Source: an uncultured delta proteobacterium (GTDB taxonomy: Bacteria; Desulfobacterota; Syntrophia; Syntrophales; UBA2192). Taken from it: a stretch of DNA of 59,551 nucleotides. Made by a program: the position numbers and the translations under genes. The notes beneath the pieces were generated by a model that was given only the letters and a program-made list of their open reading frames with translations, did no database searches and was not told the DNA's origin. The DNA lies in contig CAVPJD010000018.1 in assembly GCA_963705165.1 (NCBI GenBank), positions 1 to 59,551 on the forward strand, in the 5' to 3' direction. Shown piece after piece: positions 27,482-36,969 of this stretch. Position 1 is the stretch's first letter, and each line of letters starts with the position of its first letter.

Positions 27482-28681
27482 CTAGAGGTCGAGCATGGAC
27501 GGCAGGCCCTTGTTGCGCCGATACCACCAGTTCGGGAACATCCGGTAGAGGACCCGTGAGACAGGGCCGATGTATTCCTGGGAGCGCTTATCGAACTGGA
27601 TGGACTCGATGAGTCGCTCCTCGATCTGCTTTCGGTCGCCCGTTTCGTTGAAGATGTGGTAGGCACAGCAGAAGATGGGGCTGTACATGTTTTTCTTTTC
27701 CAGGTAGCGGTACACGTTGCGGATCGTGTTGGGCCCTTCCGGCGTCCCGTCGATCTGGGCCAGCACCTTTTTGTCCGTCTGGATGGGATTGCCGTCGAAA
27801 AGGTCGTAGTAGAGCTTCCCGTAGCGGTAATTCTTGCTGGCATCCGAGGCCAGCGTGACGTAGAGATCGCCCACCCCGGCCTGGCTGTAGAAGGCCTGGA
27901 AGCTTCCGCCCAGAAGCCGCGCCAGAGAGCGGATCTCAACGCCGGATCGCGCAAAGATCGTTCCGGGGATGGAATTCCCCAGGTTCATGCGATCCGTGAC
28001 CCCCTTGATGTTCGCGACGATGTTCTTGAGGGCCCCGCAGGCCTCGATCCCCACGATGTCAAAGTTGTAATAGGAGGTGATCTCGCGCCTGTCGAAGTTC
28101 AGGACCTCTTTCCGAACGGTCTGCGCCACGCTGCGCGGGCCGGCGATGGTAAGGGCCACCGGTTTGCCCAGCGCGATGTCCACGTCGAAGAAGGGGCCTC
28201 CCATGGCGACGACCTTGAACTTGTGCTGGATGTGGTTGAGATCGCTCTGGATCATCTGGGAAGGCGTGATCAGCTCTTTTGTCTTCTCGTCGGCCACGAG
28301 GCCCTTGATGGCCGATATGATGCACGTCTTGCCCCGCTTCTTGCTGATCATGGGGCGCAGGTAGTCCAGGAGCCCCGACAGGCGGTTCATGGTGATCGTG
28401 AGAAAGATGAAGTCGCTCTCGTGGACGACCTGCTCGAGGTCGCTCGACGCCGTCACCTCGGGCGCCAGCCGGGGAACCTTTTCCATCCCTCCACAGAGGC
28501 GCGCCAGGTCTGAGGTGAGGTGCGTCGGGTTGAGGTGCTCCTCGTTGATGGCACGGCACACCTCGGCGTCGTGATAGTAGATCGTCACGGGCTTGCCGTT
28601 GCGGCCGTAGATGTAGGCCAGTGCCGTCCCGAGTCGCCCCGGACCGATGATGGCTATTTTGCTTGTGTCCAAAAGCCTCAC
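27482..28681 (-). CDS. NAD(P)H-dependent glycerol-3-phosphate dehydrogenase family protein (divergent GpsA-like)
   Basis: IAIIGPGRLGTALA, IKGL, GGP, GALKNIVA, GVGDLYVT, SKNYRYG, PEG. Confidence 0.8.
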   Translation of the reverse strand: MRLLDTSKIAIIGPGRLGTALAYIYGRNGKPVTIYYHDAEVCRAINEEHLNPTHLTSDLARLCGGMEKVPRLAPEVTASSDLEQVVHESDFIFLTITMNRLSGLLDYLRPMISKKRGKTCIISAIKGLVADEKTKELITPSQMIQSDLNHIQHKFKVVAMGGPFFDVDIALGKPVALTIAGPRSVAQTVRKEVLNFDRREITSYYNFDIVGIEACGALKNIVANIKGVTDRMNLGNSIPGTIFARSGVEIRSLARLLGGSFQAFYSQAGVGDLYVTLASDASKNYRYGKLYYDLFDGNPIQTDKKVLAQIDGTPEGPNTIRNVYRYLEKKNMYSPIFCCAYHIFNETGDRKQIEERLIESIQFDKRSQEYIGPVSRVLYRMFPNWWYRRNKGLPSMLDL

Positions 28682-28836
28682 CTGCTAGAAAAGTGAATGC
28701 AAAGTATAGGGAATCAGATTCTTTCTGTCAAACAAAAAGGGTGCAGCGGTATTTTTCAAGTATTTATAATTTCAACGATTTGTTCTCCCTCCCTGCCGGG
28801 TTCTTCACGTAGCGGTGAAACGGTGAGGTTCATGAC

Positions 28837-29091
28837 ATGGACGGCGTGACTTTCATCGGACTGCTGGCGGCGGTTGTTTCCACTGTCGGTTTCGCCCCTC
28901 AGGTGATCAAGGTCTACAGAACCAGGATGACCCGGGATCTCTCCCTGGGATCGTACGTCATCCTGCTCTCGGGTCTCTTCCTGTGGTTGATCTATGGCCT
29001 GCTGCTTGGCAACCTGCCCATCATCCTTGGAAATACAACCGCCTGTTCCATGGCCGCCTACATCATCTATATGAAAATAAGACACGGCTAA
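28837..29091 (+). CDS. SemiSWEET / PQ-loop family transporter
   Basis: IGLLAA...FAPQVIK..RTR.TRDLSL...GLFLWLIYG...PIILGN. Confidence 0.92.
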   Translation: MDGVTFIGLLAAVVSTVGFAPQVIKVYRTRMTRDLSLGSYVILLSGLFLWLIYGLLLGNLPIILGNTTACSMAAYIIYMKIRHG

Positions 29092-29176
29092 GGGCATAGG
29101 GCTAAAGGCTAAGGGCCGAACAGGGAACCGGTCGTTTTCTGCGGGCCCTTTGCCATAAGCCCTTTGCCTTGCGCCA
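29086..29176. repeat. Inverted pair of 7-mer arrays (AGGGCTA / TAAGCCC-like)
   Basis: Read directly between convergent genes. Confidence 0.75.
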
Positions 29177-29188
29177 TGCGAGTTCGCC

Positions 29189-29980
29189 CTATTTGATAAG
29201 GCGAGCTCGCATTTTTTTAAGTGCCAGCGGGAAGAGGATGGCGCTGAATAGGGTGAGGTAAAGCAGGTTCCACAGGGCGGTGACATTGAGGGGGCCTATG
29301 GCGATCGTCCGGTTGATCTCCACCAGGTGGGTCAGGGGCAGGCAGTAAGCCAGGGCCTGGGCCCAGCCGGGGAGCGTGTCGAGGGGGAAAAAGGTCCCGC
29401 TGAAGAGAAACATGGGCGTGATGAAAAGGAAGATGGGCAGGTTGAACAGGTCGATGTTGCGCACGACAGCCGTGAAGTACATCCCGATCGACGCGAAGGC
29501 GAGCCCGGCCAGGAAGGAAAGCGGGACGAGAAGCAGGCCCTCGGGGTAGCGGATGAGGCCGAAGAGACTGACGATGGCGAGCATGATGGACGATGCGATC
29601 ACGGACTTGGTGGCGCCCCAGATGATCTCGCCCGTGATAATCTCCTCGAGGAAGAGCGGGGTGGCCAGCATGGCGTCGAAGGTCTTCTGGTAGTACATCC
29701 GCACGAAGGAGCCGTAGGTGGTCTCGAAGAAGCTGTTGTACATCATGTTGACCGCAAGCAGGGCCGGTGTAATGAAGACGACGTACGACGTGGAATGCTC
29801 GCGCCAGGAAACATTCCCCACAAGCGCGCTCATCCCCAGGCCGAAGGCCGCAAGATACAGCAGCGGCTCCAGCAGGGGCGGCAAGAAGCTGACCTTCCAG
29901 GTCTTGCGGTAGACCGTGAAATTGCGGTTCCAGACACGAAGAAACCGCGACGTGATGACCGGCGTGCCTGTCCTGCTCAT
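29189..29980 (-). CDS. ABC-2 permease, NodJ-like
   Basis: VWNRN, EPLLYL..FGLG, YQKTFDAMLATP, PMFLFSGTFFP. Confidence 0.9.
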   Translation of the reverse strand: MSRTGTPVITSRFLRVWNRNFTVYRKTWKVSFLPPLLEPLLYLAAFGLGMSALVGNVSWREHSTSYVVFITPALLAVNMMYNSFFETTYGSFVRMYYQKTFDAMLATPLFLEEIITGEIIWGATKSVIASSIMLAIVSLFGLIRYPEGLLLVPLSFLAGLAFASIGMYFTAVVRNIDLFNLPIFLFITPMFLFSGTFFPLDTLPGWAQALAYCLPLTHLVEINRTIAIGPLNVTALWNLLYLTLFSAILFPLALKKMRARLIK

Positions 29981-30897
29981 TCCCGCAGCTCCCTTCCTGT
30001 GAGTTTCAGAAAGACATCCTCCAGCGTGGCCGTCCTCAGGGTGCAGCCGTCGCGGCAGTAGCGCTCGCTCACCTCCCGGTAGAGCTGATCCCGCTCGTCG
30101 CAGTAGAGGAGAAGGCGATGCCCCAGGTCATCGAACCGGAGGTTGCGCTCCCGCAAGAAGGAACGAAGCTCCTCGCCGGGTTCCCCGACCTCGATGATGT
30201 CCTTCCCCGCATGCTCCCGGATCAGCTCCTGAGGTCGCCCCTCCACGAGGATCTTCCCGTGGTCCATGATGATGAGCCGGTCGCAGAGCCGCGAGGCTTC
30301 CTCCATGTAGTGCGTCGTGAGCAGGATGGAGATGCCCCGGGCCCTCAGCCCCTCCAGGCGCTCCCAGATCTGGTGGCGCGACTGGGGGTCGAGGCCCGTA
30401 GTGGGCTCGTCGAGAATCAGGAGGTCGGGCTCGTTGATCAGGGCCCGCGCAAGCACGACCCGGCGCATGAGCCCCCCCGAAAGCTCCGGGATGGGCGTAT
30501 CCCTGCGGTTCTCCAGGGCGATGAACTTCAGCAGATCCAGGGCCCTGGCGGTGGCATCCGGACGGGGGACGTCGAAATAGGACGCGAAGACCTCCAGATT
30601 CTGCAGGATGGAAAGTTCGGGGTCGAGGTTGTTGTCCTGCTGACAGACACCGATCCGGTACTTCACCTTGCGCAGCTGCCGCCTGCTGGTGACATCCTGT
30701 CCGAGCACGTGGAGGGAGCCTCCCGAAAGGGGGGAGAAACCGTAGATCATCCGGATCGTCGACGTCTTGCCGGCGCCATTGGGCCCGAGGATGCCGAAGC
30801 ACTCCCCGCGCTGGACGGAGAAGGAGATCCCGTCGACGGCGGTAAAGGCGCCGAAGGCTTTTCGCAGGGCATCTGCCTGGACGACGGGTTCCATCAT
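29977..30897 (-). CDS. ABC transporter ATP-binding protein, NodI-like
   Basis: GPNGAGKT, LSGGL, LILDEPTTGLDP, LTTHYMEEA, TLEDVFL; overlaps the permease start. Confidence 0.92.
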   Translation of the reverse strand: MMEPVVQADALRKAFGAFTAVDGISFSVQRGECFGILGPNGAGKTSTIRMIYGFSPLSGGSLHVLGQDVTSRRQLRKVKYRIGVCQQDNNLDPELSILQNLEVFASYFDVPRPDATARALDLLKFIALENRRDTPIPELSGGLMRRVVLARALINEPDLLILDEPTTGLDPQSRHQIWERLEGLRARGISILLTTHYMEEASRLCDRLIIMDHGKILVEGRPQELIREHAGKDIIEVGEPGEELRSFLRERNLRFDDLGHRLLLYCDERDQLYREVSERYCRDGCTLRTATLEDVFLKLTGRELRE

Positions 30898-30960
30898 GGT
30901 TGACTGATCGATGTCTTTCATACAAGTGCCTTCGTGCGCCCGGGTGGTGCATTTGCTTTC

Positions 30961-31043
30961 GAAGATCGGAAGATCGGAAGTGAAGAAGATCGGAAAAGAA
31001 TTCGCATTCTCTGCTCTTCCGCTCTTCCTTACTTCCTCACTTC
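30961..31043. repeat. Inverted pair of 8-mer arrays (GAAGATCG / CGCTCTTC)
   Basis: Read directly. Confidence 0.8.
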
Positions 31044-31083
31044 GCGAACGTCGGGCTTCATGCGGTCTTTAATGATCAGCTTA

Positions 31084-32001
31084 TCATGTTTTGGTGCGGA
31101 AGGCATACCGGATCCTGGCGGGCCTGCGACCGGCGGGCCGGAGATAGGTGAGCGCCGGTTTGCCAAGGGCGATGACGGCGTGAATGTCCTCCGTCTCGGG
31201 GATGCCCAGGGAGCGCTGGATGGAGCGGTCGCGGCGCATGGCCTCGACGGCAAAGCCGATCAGGCAGGTCCCGATGCCCATGGTGTGGGCGGCAAGGGCA
31301 ATGTTCTGGGCGGCAAGCAGCGCATCCTCGCGCGGGCACGAGGCGCCCGGCTCCGTCCCGATGAGGATCGCCGCCGTGGCGCCGTGGAAGAGCCGGTCTC
31401 GACCGGTCTCGTCCCACTGCCGCAGGGCCTCCTGCACCTGGGTGTGGTAGCGCCGGTAGTAGTGTCCCAGCTTGTCCTGCATGAAAAGGCGCGAGAGGAG
31501 GCGGATCGCGGGGTTTGCGGCCAGGCGGTTGAGGCGCTCGTAGAAGCGGGCGAGCAGCTGCCCGAAGCCGAGCAGGGCCTGCCGGTCGGGGACGATCGTG
31601 AAGCTCCAGCGCTGGCTGTTGGTCCCCGAGGGGGCCATGGTGCCGATCCGGGCGAGGTCCTCGAGAACGGGCTTCCCGACGGGATCTTCCGTAAAGCATC
31701 GGCAGGAACGGCGCGAATAGAGAAGCCGGACAAGAAGGGCGGTGTCGAACTCCCCGAAGGGGAGCCAACGACCGCCCGTCTCTACCGTGGCAAGCGCGAG
31801 GTTCCCGGTACTGACGGAATCGATGGTGATGGCCCCTGTGGGACACACAGCGGTGCAGTGATCACAACCGAAACAGCCCTCCCGGGCAAGAGTGATTTTC
31901 CCGTTTTCCAGGGCAAGCACATCGGAAGGACAGACATCAAGGCACAGCCCGCAGCCGGTGCACCGGCCCGCGTCGAGCCTGGGTTTGGTCTGCTCGTCCA
32001 T
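31084..32001 (-). CDS. Nitroreductase with N-terminal 2x[4Fe-4S] ferredoxin domain
   Basis: CTGCGLCLDVCP, CFGCDHCTAVCP, RRSCRCF, APSGTNSQ, LAAHTMGIGTC. Confidence 0.92.
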   Translation of the reverse strand: MDEQTKPRLDAGRCTGCGLCLDVCPSDVLALENGKITLAREGCFGCDHCTAVCPTGAITIDSVSTGNLALATVETGGRWLPFGEFDTALLVRLLYSRRSCRCFTEDPVGKPVLEDLARIGTMAPSGTNSQRWSFTIVPDRQALLGFGQLLARFYERLNRLAANPAIRLLSRLFMQDKLGHYYRRYHTQVQEALRQWDETGRDRLFHGATAAILIGTEPGASCPREDALLAAQNIALAAHTMGIGTCLIGFAVEAMRRDRSIQRSLGIPETEDIHAVIALGKPALTYLRPAGRRPARIRYAFRTKT

Positions 32002-32027
32002 CCCCTCCGTCCTGCCGGCCGTTATCG

Positions 32028-32924
32028 TTACTGCTCCTTCGGGGGCTCTGCGCCGTAGTAGGTCACCTTGGCATCCTTCATCGACTTCTCGAGGAAGGCA
32101 TTGAGGCGTTCCTGCTGGATGGCCTGGGTGGCCTTCGCCTTGACCTGCTCCTTGACGGTTTCGTAAGGCTGCTGCTCGGCGGCCTTTCGCTCTTCGCACT
32201 TGATGACGTGGTAGCCGAATTCCGTCTCGACGACGGGGCTCAACTCACCGGGCTTCAGGACGAAAGCGGCCTGCTCGAATTTTCCGACCATGCTGCCTTG
32301 CGTGAAGAATCCCAGGTCGCCGCCTTTTGCCTTGGAACCGGGATCATCGGAATACTCCGAGGCGAGCTTGGCAAAGTCCTCGCCCTTCTTCGCCTTATCA
32401 AGGATTTCCTCGGCCTTCTTCAGCGCCGCCTTTTTCTCTTCTTCCGTGGCATTGGGCTTCACGGCTACGAGGATGTGGCGGGCCCTCACCATCTCGGGGT
32501 TCTCGAACTCTTTCTTGTTCGCGGTGTAGTACGCCTCGTAATCCTTGTCCGTGAGGTTTATTTTCCCGAGGATTTCCTTCTGGACGTACATCCGGGCCAG
32601 GTACTCATCCTTCATGATATCGATCTGCTTCTTGATCGCCGGATTTTTTTCGAGGCCTTTCTTCTTGGCCACGTCGGATACGACCATGATGCTGACGAGA
32701 TTCCTCAACAGAACCTCTTCCATCCGGGGGTCGGCCTTGATGAGGGCCTGCTGCTGTTCCGGGTAGAGCCCGGCGTAGGCCTGGATGTCGCTTTTCGTCA
32801 CTTCCTTGGCTCCGACCTTCGCAAGCACGTCCTTCTTTGCTTTTTCCGCCGCCAGGAGGTCAGCGGAGGTGAAGATGAACAAAAGCATGAAGACTACCAG
32901 AGCGCCTGCCGACAATTTTTTCAT
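32028..32924 (-). CDS. Exported PpiC/parvulin-type peptidyl-prolyl isomerase (PrsA/SurA-like)
   Basis: Signal peptide, RARHILV, FAKLASEYSDD, GGDLG, FEQAAF, TEFGYHVI. Confidence 0.93.
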   Translation of the reverse strand: MKKLSAGALVVFMLLFIFTSADLLAAEKAKKDVLAKVGAKEVTKSDIQAYAGLYPEQQQALIKADPRMEEVLLRNLVSIMVVSDVAKKKGLEKNPAIKKQIDIMKDEYLARMYVQKEILGKINLTDKDYEAYYTANKKEFENPEMVRARHILVAVKPNATEEEKKAALKKAEEILDKAKKGEDFAKLASEYSDDPGSKAKGGDLGFFTQGSMVGKFEQAAFVLKPGELSPVVETEFGYHVIKCEERKAAEQQPYETVKEQVKAKATQAIQQERLNAFLEKSMKDAKVTYYGAEPPKEQ

Positions 32925-33166
32925 CTCAACGTCTCCTTTGTTGTGGTTAAAACAGGGCATCAGCCCACCCATACCGGGTTGTGAATTGAAAAGATATCAC
33001 AAGGGATTGAAAACAGAAATCCTTTTTTCATCCGCAGCGACCCCCGTTTCCATGCACGGATCATACCCGTAACCGCGAAGGCAAAAAGTCCTGAGACAGA
33101 GCCCCCCGTTTTGTGGTATGGTTGGCTGAGGTTGTTGTAAACCGGTCGCAGGGGGCAAGAGGAAGG

Positions 33167-33445
33167 ATGAAACGACAGGGTGAAACCCGGATGCTTCTGT
33201 TCGTCATGACGGGGATGGCCTTCCTCTTTGTCGCGGCTGTTGTGCCGCTGTCGGGGATCAGCCTCTTCCTGGTGGCGCAAGTCTTCGCCATTGTCCTCGG
33301 CGGGATCACCGTCATCTCCCTGTTCCGGCGGTACCGAGGCCTGGATCTCGTCTCGGCCGCTTCCATTTTTTTCCTTTACATCCTCATGGTCACCCTGTTT
33401 TCCCCGGGGTTGGTGCAGGCCCTGGCTGCTTATCTCACAAAGTAG
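33167..33445 (+). CDS. Small hypothetical membrane protein (paralog of 33843-34115)
   Basis: Three hydrophobic segments; GGITVISL..RY..L.L..A...F.LY..MV.LF pattern shared with the next ORF. Confidence 0.75.
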   Translation: MKRQGETRMLLFVMTGMAFLFVAAVVPLSGISLFLVAQVFAIVLGGITVISLFRRYRGLDLVSAASIFFLYILMVTLFSPGLVQALAAYLTK

Positions 33446-33540
33446 CCGACAGCCGACAAAGAAGCCTACAGCAGACAGTCTACAGCCAGCAGTAAAGATT
33501 CATTCTCGGTTTTTCGTCTTTGGCTATCGGCTGTTTGCCT
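33444..33540. repeat. 7-mer arrays (AGCCGAC-like) with a short inverted partner
   Basis: Read directly. Confidence 0.7.
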
Positions 33541-33707
33541 ACACCCTACCCCCCCTGCTTTTTATGTTTCGTTCACCCCCGATTGAACGTTTCTTTCAAA
33601 TAGGGGCCTCTTTGAGGGCATCGGAGGAAAAACCGACAAGCCCGCACGTCGCAATTTCCCCTTTTGTAGCGGCAACTTGCAAACTATCTTTTGCCCGGCG
33701 CCCGTCC

Positions 33708-33723
33708 TGGCACGGTCCTTCCT
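33708..33723 (+). promoter_or_regulatory. Near-consensus sigma-54 promoter
   Basis: TGGCACGGTCCTTCCT versus TGGCAC-N5-TTGC (the -12 G is C). Confidence 0.45.
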
Positions 33724-33731
33724 ATATACAG

Positions 33732-33818
33732 AAGGCGTAAGGCAAAGGGCATAAGGCTAAAGGAAGAGAAAAAGAAGAATATCAAACTCCCCAAGCCATA
33801 AGCCCTCAGCCTTCAGCC
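33732..33818. repeat. Inverted pair of 7-mer arrays (AAGGCAT/AAGGCTA and AAGCCAT/CAGCCTT)
   Basis: Read directly, in the leader of 33843. Confidence 0.7.
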
Positions 33819-33842
33819 AAAACTAAACTGGAGGACCTCAAA

Positions 33843-34115
33843 ATGAAAAAGACGCTTTCCACCCTGATTCTTTCCGCAGTCGTAGTGCTGATCACCGCAA
33901 CCTTCAGCTTTGCCGAGTATGCCGCCGCCGGCGCCGGCAACTTCCCCTACTTCCACCTGGGGGCCCTGATTGTGGGCGGCATGACGATCGTGTCCCTCAA
34001 GCAGAAGTACGAGAAGCTCTACCTCAGCGAGGCCGTTGGCAGCTTCGCGATGTACGCGGTGATGGTGGCCCTGTTCACGAGCCCCGTGGCCGATGCGATC
34101 AAGAACCTGATGTAA
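33843..34115 (+). CDS. Small hypothetical membrane protein with signal-like N-terminus
   Basis: RBS GGAGG; signal peptide ...ATFSFA plus two TMs. Confidence 0.85.
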   Translation: MKKTLSTLILSAVVVLITATFSFAEYAAAGAGNFPYFHLGALIVGGMTIVSLKQKYEKLYLSEAVGSFAMYAVMVALFTSPVADAIKNLM

Positions 34116-34116
34116 A

Positions 34117-34148
34117 CAGGGTCAGGGTATAGGGTCCAGGGTCCAGGG
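34117..34148 (+). repeat. 7-mer tandem array (CAGGGTC)
   Basis: Read directly. Confidence 0.7.
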
Positions 34149-34175
34149 ACAAGACAGGAACAGGAGGTAATCACC

Positions 34176-34427
34176 ATGGCAGCGCAAGTGAAAGCAAGAC
34201 CGCGGCAGATCGATTTCTCACACATCCTTGTAATCGGCGCCTGGGGGTTTGCGATCGTGATTGCCTCGATGCTCTTCCTGTACGTGGGTCATATGATCGA
34301 CGAGATGCTCAACACGCCTCCGACGTTCATGCTGGGATTGTTTTTCCTGGGGCTGGCGCTCTGCATCGGAAGGCTCTACAAGGACGCCTGGGACCGGATC
34401 GAACGCAGGCCCAAGGTGAAAGGGTAA
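34176..34427 (+). CDS. AtpZ/AtpI (ATPase gene 1)-like two-TM protein
   Basis: GFAIVI...YVGHMID..LNT.P.F.LG pattern; RBS GGAGG. Confidence 0.72.
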   Translation: MAAQVKARPRQIDFSHILVIGAWGFAIVIASMLFLYVGHMIDEMLNTPPTFMLGLFFLGLALCIGRLYKDAWDRIERRPKVKG

Positions 34428-34434
34428 AAACTGA

Positions 34435-34540
34435 CAGGGTTCAGGGGCCAGGGTCAAGGGTCAAGAGAACAAAGAGCACGGCCCTGACCGACCAGATGGA
34501 CTAGACAGACCAAATAGACTAAATAGACCAGATAGACCAA
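34435..34540 (+). repeat. 7-mer array (CAGGGTC) followed by a 9-mer array (TAGACCAAA)
   Basis: Read directly. Confidence 0.75.
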
Positions 34541-34565
34541 AGCGGCCAGACAGGTCCTCCTGAAT

Positions 34566-34610
34566 AAAAAAAAGACCCCCATCTCGAAAATACCGGGATG
34601 GGGGTCTTTT
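34566..34610. terminator. Bidirectional intrinsic terminator
   Basis: AAAAGACCCCCATC/GATGGGGGTCTTTT stem with a long A-run on the left. Confidence 0.85.
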
Positions 34611-34613
34611 CGT

Positions 34614-34940
34614 CTATTCGATATTGGCGCTAACAACAGATGCCATTTGCATCATATCGATCGTCTGACCTTCTTTTAACTTTGTAAAATCAGTTAATTT
34701 GCCAGTCTTGCTGGTCGTTTTGGTGTTGTTGAATATTTTAATCAATTTGGCATCAGCCACAATATTTTTGCCGGCATTTTCTGGTTTACCATTGATTGTT
34801 TTAGTTTGCAGTTTGTTTGCCTTGATGTAATCCCACAACTTTTTGGTTATCTCAGTACGAGGAAGTGAGCTAGCACCAAGGAATGCCGCCAGGTCCGCTT
34901 TCAATTTTACCGGTTTATTCAATCCTTTTTCTTCTGCCAT
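34614..34940 (-). CDS. Stand-alone SWIB/MDM2 domain protein
   Basis: GLNKPVKL..DLAAFLG...LPRTEITKKLWDYIK...LQ...I.AD.KL...IDMMQM; RBS GGAGG. Confidence 0.88.
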   Translation of the reverse strand: MAEEKGLNKPVKLKADLAAFLGASSLPRTEITKKLWDYIKANKLQTKTINGKPENAGKNIVADAKLIKIFNNTKTTSKTGKLTDFTKLKEGQTIDMMQMASVVSANIE

Positions 34941-35105
34941 GTTTATGCCTCCGTTTCTTAAATTGTCTTCGTATCTTTAAATCATATATTCCGGGGGAAG
35001 TATAAGAACTTTCGGTTTTGCAAGTCAAGGCAATGTTGACCGCAAAAATATGTGGTGTGGATGTCTGTCGTCGGGTGAGAGAGCCGGTTTTCTCGTGTTC
35101 AAATG

Positions 35106-35142
35106 AAAGGGGTAACATCCTGGCCGGTGTTACCCCTTTTTT
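35106..35142. terminator. Terminator-like hairpin
   Basis: AAAGGGGTAACA/TGTTACCCCTTT stem plus T-run. Confidence 0.65.
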
Positions 35143-35194
35143 ACGTCTTGCCCGGTTTAGAAAAAGTGTGCCGTGACAGAGAAAGCTCGAGCCA

Positions 35195-36442
35195 TCAGTA
35201 CCCGAGGATGCCCTTCATTTTGTTCAGCGTGTCTTTGACGGGGTCGGGGGACTCTGCGGGCTTCTCTTTTGCGGGCTGCTCATCCTGCTTCTGGCTGCTT
35301 TCCTTTGTCCTGCGCTCCGCCTTTCCTTCATCCATTCCAATCGGGTGCATTCCGGTGGACTTGTTCCTCAGTTTCACAGCCCAGAGATATTCGTGCGGCT
35401 TTGTCGAGTCCTTGGGTTTCGGCGGATAAGCGATGTTCAACTCATCGCCGTAACCGATGAACTGCAGCATCGCCCCTTTTGCATCCTTGAAGATACCCCC
35501 CGGAACCGAACAGCTTGTCACCTCGGGCCCCATGACCACCTTATCCCGGATGAATCGGTTGACATCTGCCGGGGGGAGATAGTTCATCAGGCCGTATCCC
35601 GGGTCCTGAGCATCGCTTGATGACCAGAGTATCGTCTCGCCGGTCTTGTCGTTATGGCCGATGGCCATGGCGAAATAGCCGATCGCCGTCGGGATCTTCT
35701 TCCATTGGAACTGGATGCTGTCCGTCAGCCCTCCCGTGACGGAGGTAAACTCGACGGGCGCCATGAAGTCATGTCTCTCGCCGACGGCGAATTTCATGTC
35801 GAGAGTGTAGTTGCCGTGAACGAAGTGCTCTCCCATAAGGGAGCTGCTTTTCGGTACATCCTGGTGGTCCTTCTGGTTGGGCCATTCCGCAAAGGCCCAT
35901 CCTGCCCTCGGTGACGGGGGAGTCTGTCCGGAACCGGTGCGTCCTGACATGGCTTTTCCGAATTCCGGCATGCTCATCTTCTCGGTATCGAGCACCTTGG
36001 GCTGGCCCCGCCGCACCGTCTCACCGCATCCCCAGTAAAAGAGCATGCGCACCTTGGGCTTTTCCGCCTTTCGTTCCGGCTCTTCCCCGCCGCGCGCAGG
36101 CTTTGCACGCTCGGGGATCAGCAGGGGCAGGGTCTTGCCCATGCTCAGGCCGGGGGGGATGTCGTGGGTCGCTTCAGGGCCCGACGGCAATGCCCCCGGC
36201 GAATTGAGCTGCAAAAGAAGGCTTTTTTTTGGCCCCACTCCCGCCATCTTTCCGATGATCATTCCCTGCAGGCCTGACATCCCTTCCTGGGGCATGCCCG
36301 GTATGCTCATGTTCTGTGTTGCGACGCTCACCCAGTACTGGGTCACAGGGGTCTTTGCTTTCTCGGCCGCTGCAGCAGGTGAACCGGTAAGGAGCAGGAT
36401 CGCAGCCGTGACGGTGCCGCATGTTTTTGCCAGTAGACACAT
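35195..36442 (-). CDS. Hypothetical secreted protein
   Basis: Signal peptide (..AAAAE), long ORF with MLFYWGCG motif, RBS GGAGG. Confidence 0.85.
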   Translation of the reverse strand: MCLLAKTCGTVTAAILLLTGSPAAAAEKAKTPVTQYWVSVATQNMSIPGMPQEGMSGLQGMIIGKMAGVGPKKSLLLQLNSPGALPSGPEATHDIPPGLSMGKTLPLLIPERAKPARGGEEPERKAEKPKVRMLFYWGCGETVRRGQPKVLDTEKMSMPEFGKAMSGRTGSGQTPPSPRAGWAFAEWPNQKDHQDVPKSSSLMGEHFVHGNYTLDMKFAVGERHDFMAPVEFTSVTGGLTDSIQFQWKKIPTAIGYFAMAIGHNDKTGETILWSSSDAQDPGYGLMNYLPPADVNRFIRDKVVMGPEVTSCSVPGGIFKDAKGAMLQFIGYGDELNIAYPPKPKDSTKPHEYLWAVKLRNKSTGMHPIGMDEGKAERRTKESSQKQDEQPAKEKPAESPDPVKDTLNKMKGILGY

Positions 36443-36529
36443 GGTCGGGTTACCTCCGTCTGTTAGAGAATGTCAGATGCATTCGTTTGCCGTCGAAGCG
36501 GCAGCGGACAACGTGATGCGATGGGGGGC

Positions 36530-36868
36530 TCAATACTCTTGCAGCGACGATTGCGTGAGCAGGCCGCCCGGTGAAAACCTGAGAATCAGCTCTTCGGTCC
36601 AATTATCGGCCATGGCAGATGATCGCGTTGTCCCATAGGATGTTCTGACCCATTTGGCCACCATGCTTCCGTCGGACAACGTTTCTTTCGCCACAGGCGG
36701 CCCAAGCTGAGCGACGACATCATTATACCTGGCTTGACCGATTTGAGAGTTCCAGTACGCCTCTTTCTTCTTCGCAGCACTGGTGCAGCCGTTTATGGAG
36801 GCAATGATCACGAAGAAGACAAGTACCGGCACCATCGAAACGACAACGGGTAGATTTGCTTTTTTCAT
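36530..36868 (-). CDS. Hypothetical lipoprotein
   Basis: Hydrophobic N-terminus with lipobox-like INGC; LGPP; RBS GGAGG. Confidence 0.8.
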   Translation of the reverse strand: MKKANLPVVVSMVPVLVFFVIIASINGCTSAAKKKEAYWNSQIGQARYNDVVAQLGPPVAKETLSDGSMVAKWVRTSYGTTRSSAMADNWTEELILRFSPGGLLTQSSLQEY

Positions 36869-36931
36869 GTCGCCTCCTTTTCTTCACTCACGCACTGCAT
36901 TTCCGAAGGGCAAGAGGATTTTTCTTTTTCC

Positions 36932-36966
36932 TCCACTGGTCACTAATCACTGATCACTGGCCACTG
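36932..36966 (-). repeat. 7-mer tandem array (CACTGGT/CACTGAT)
   Basis: Read directly. Confidence 0.75.
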
Positions 36967-36969
36967 TCT

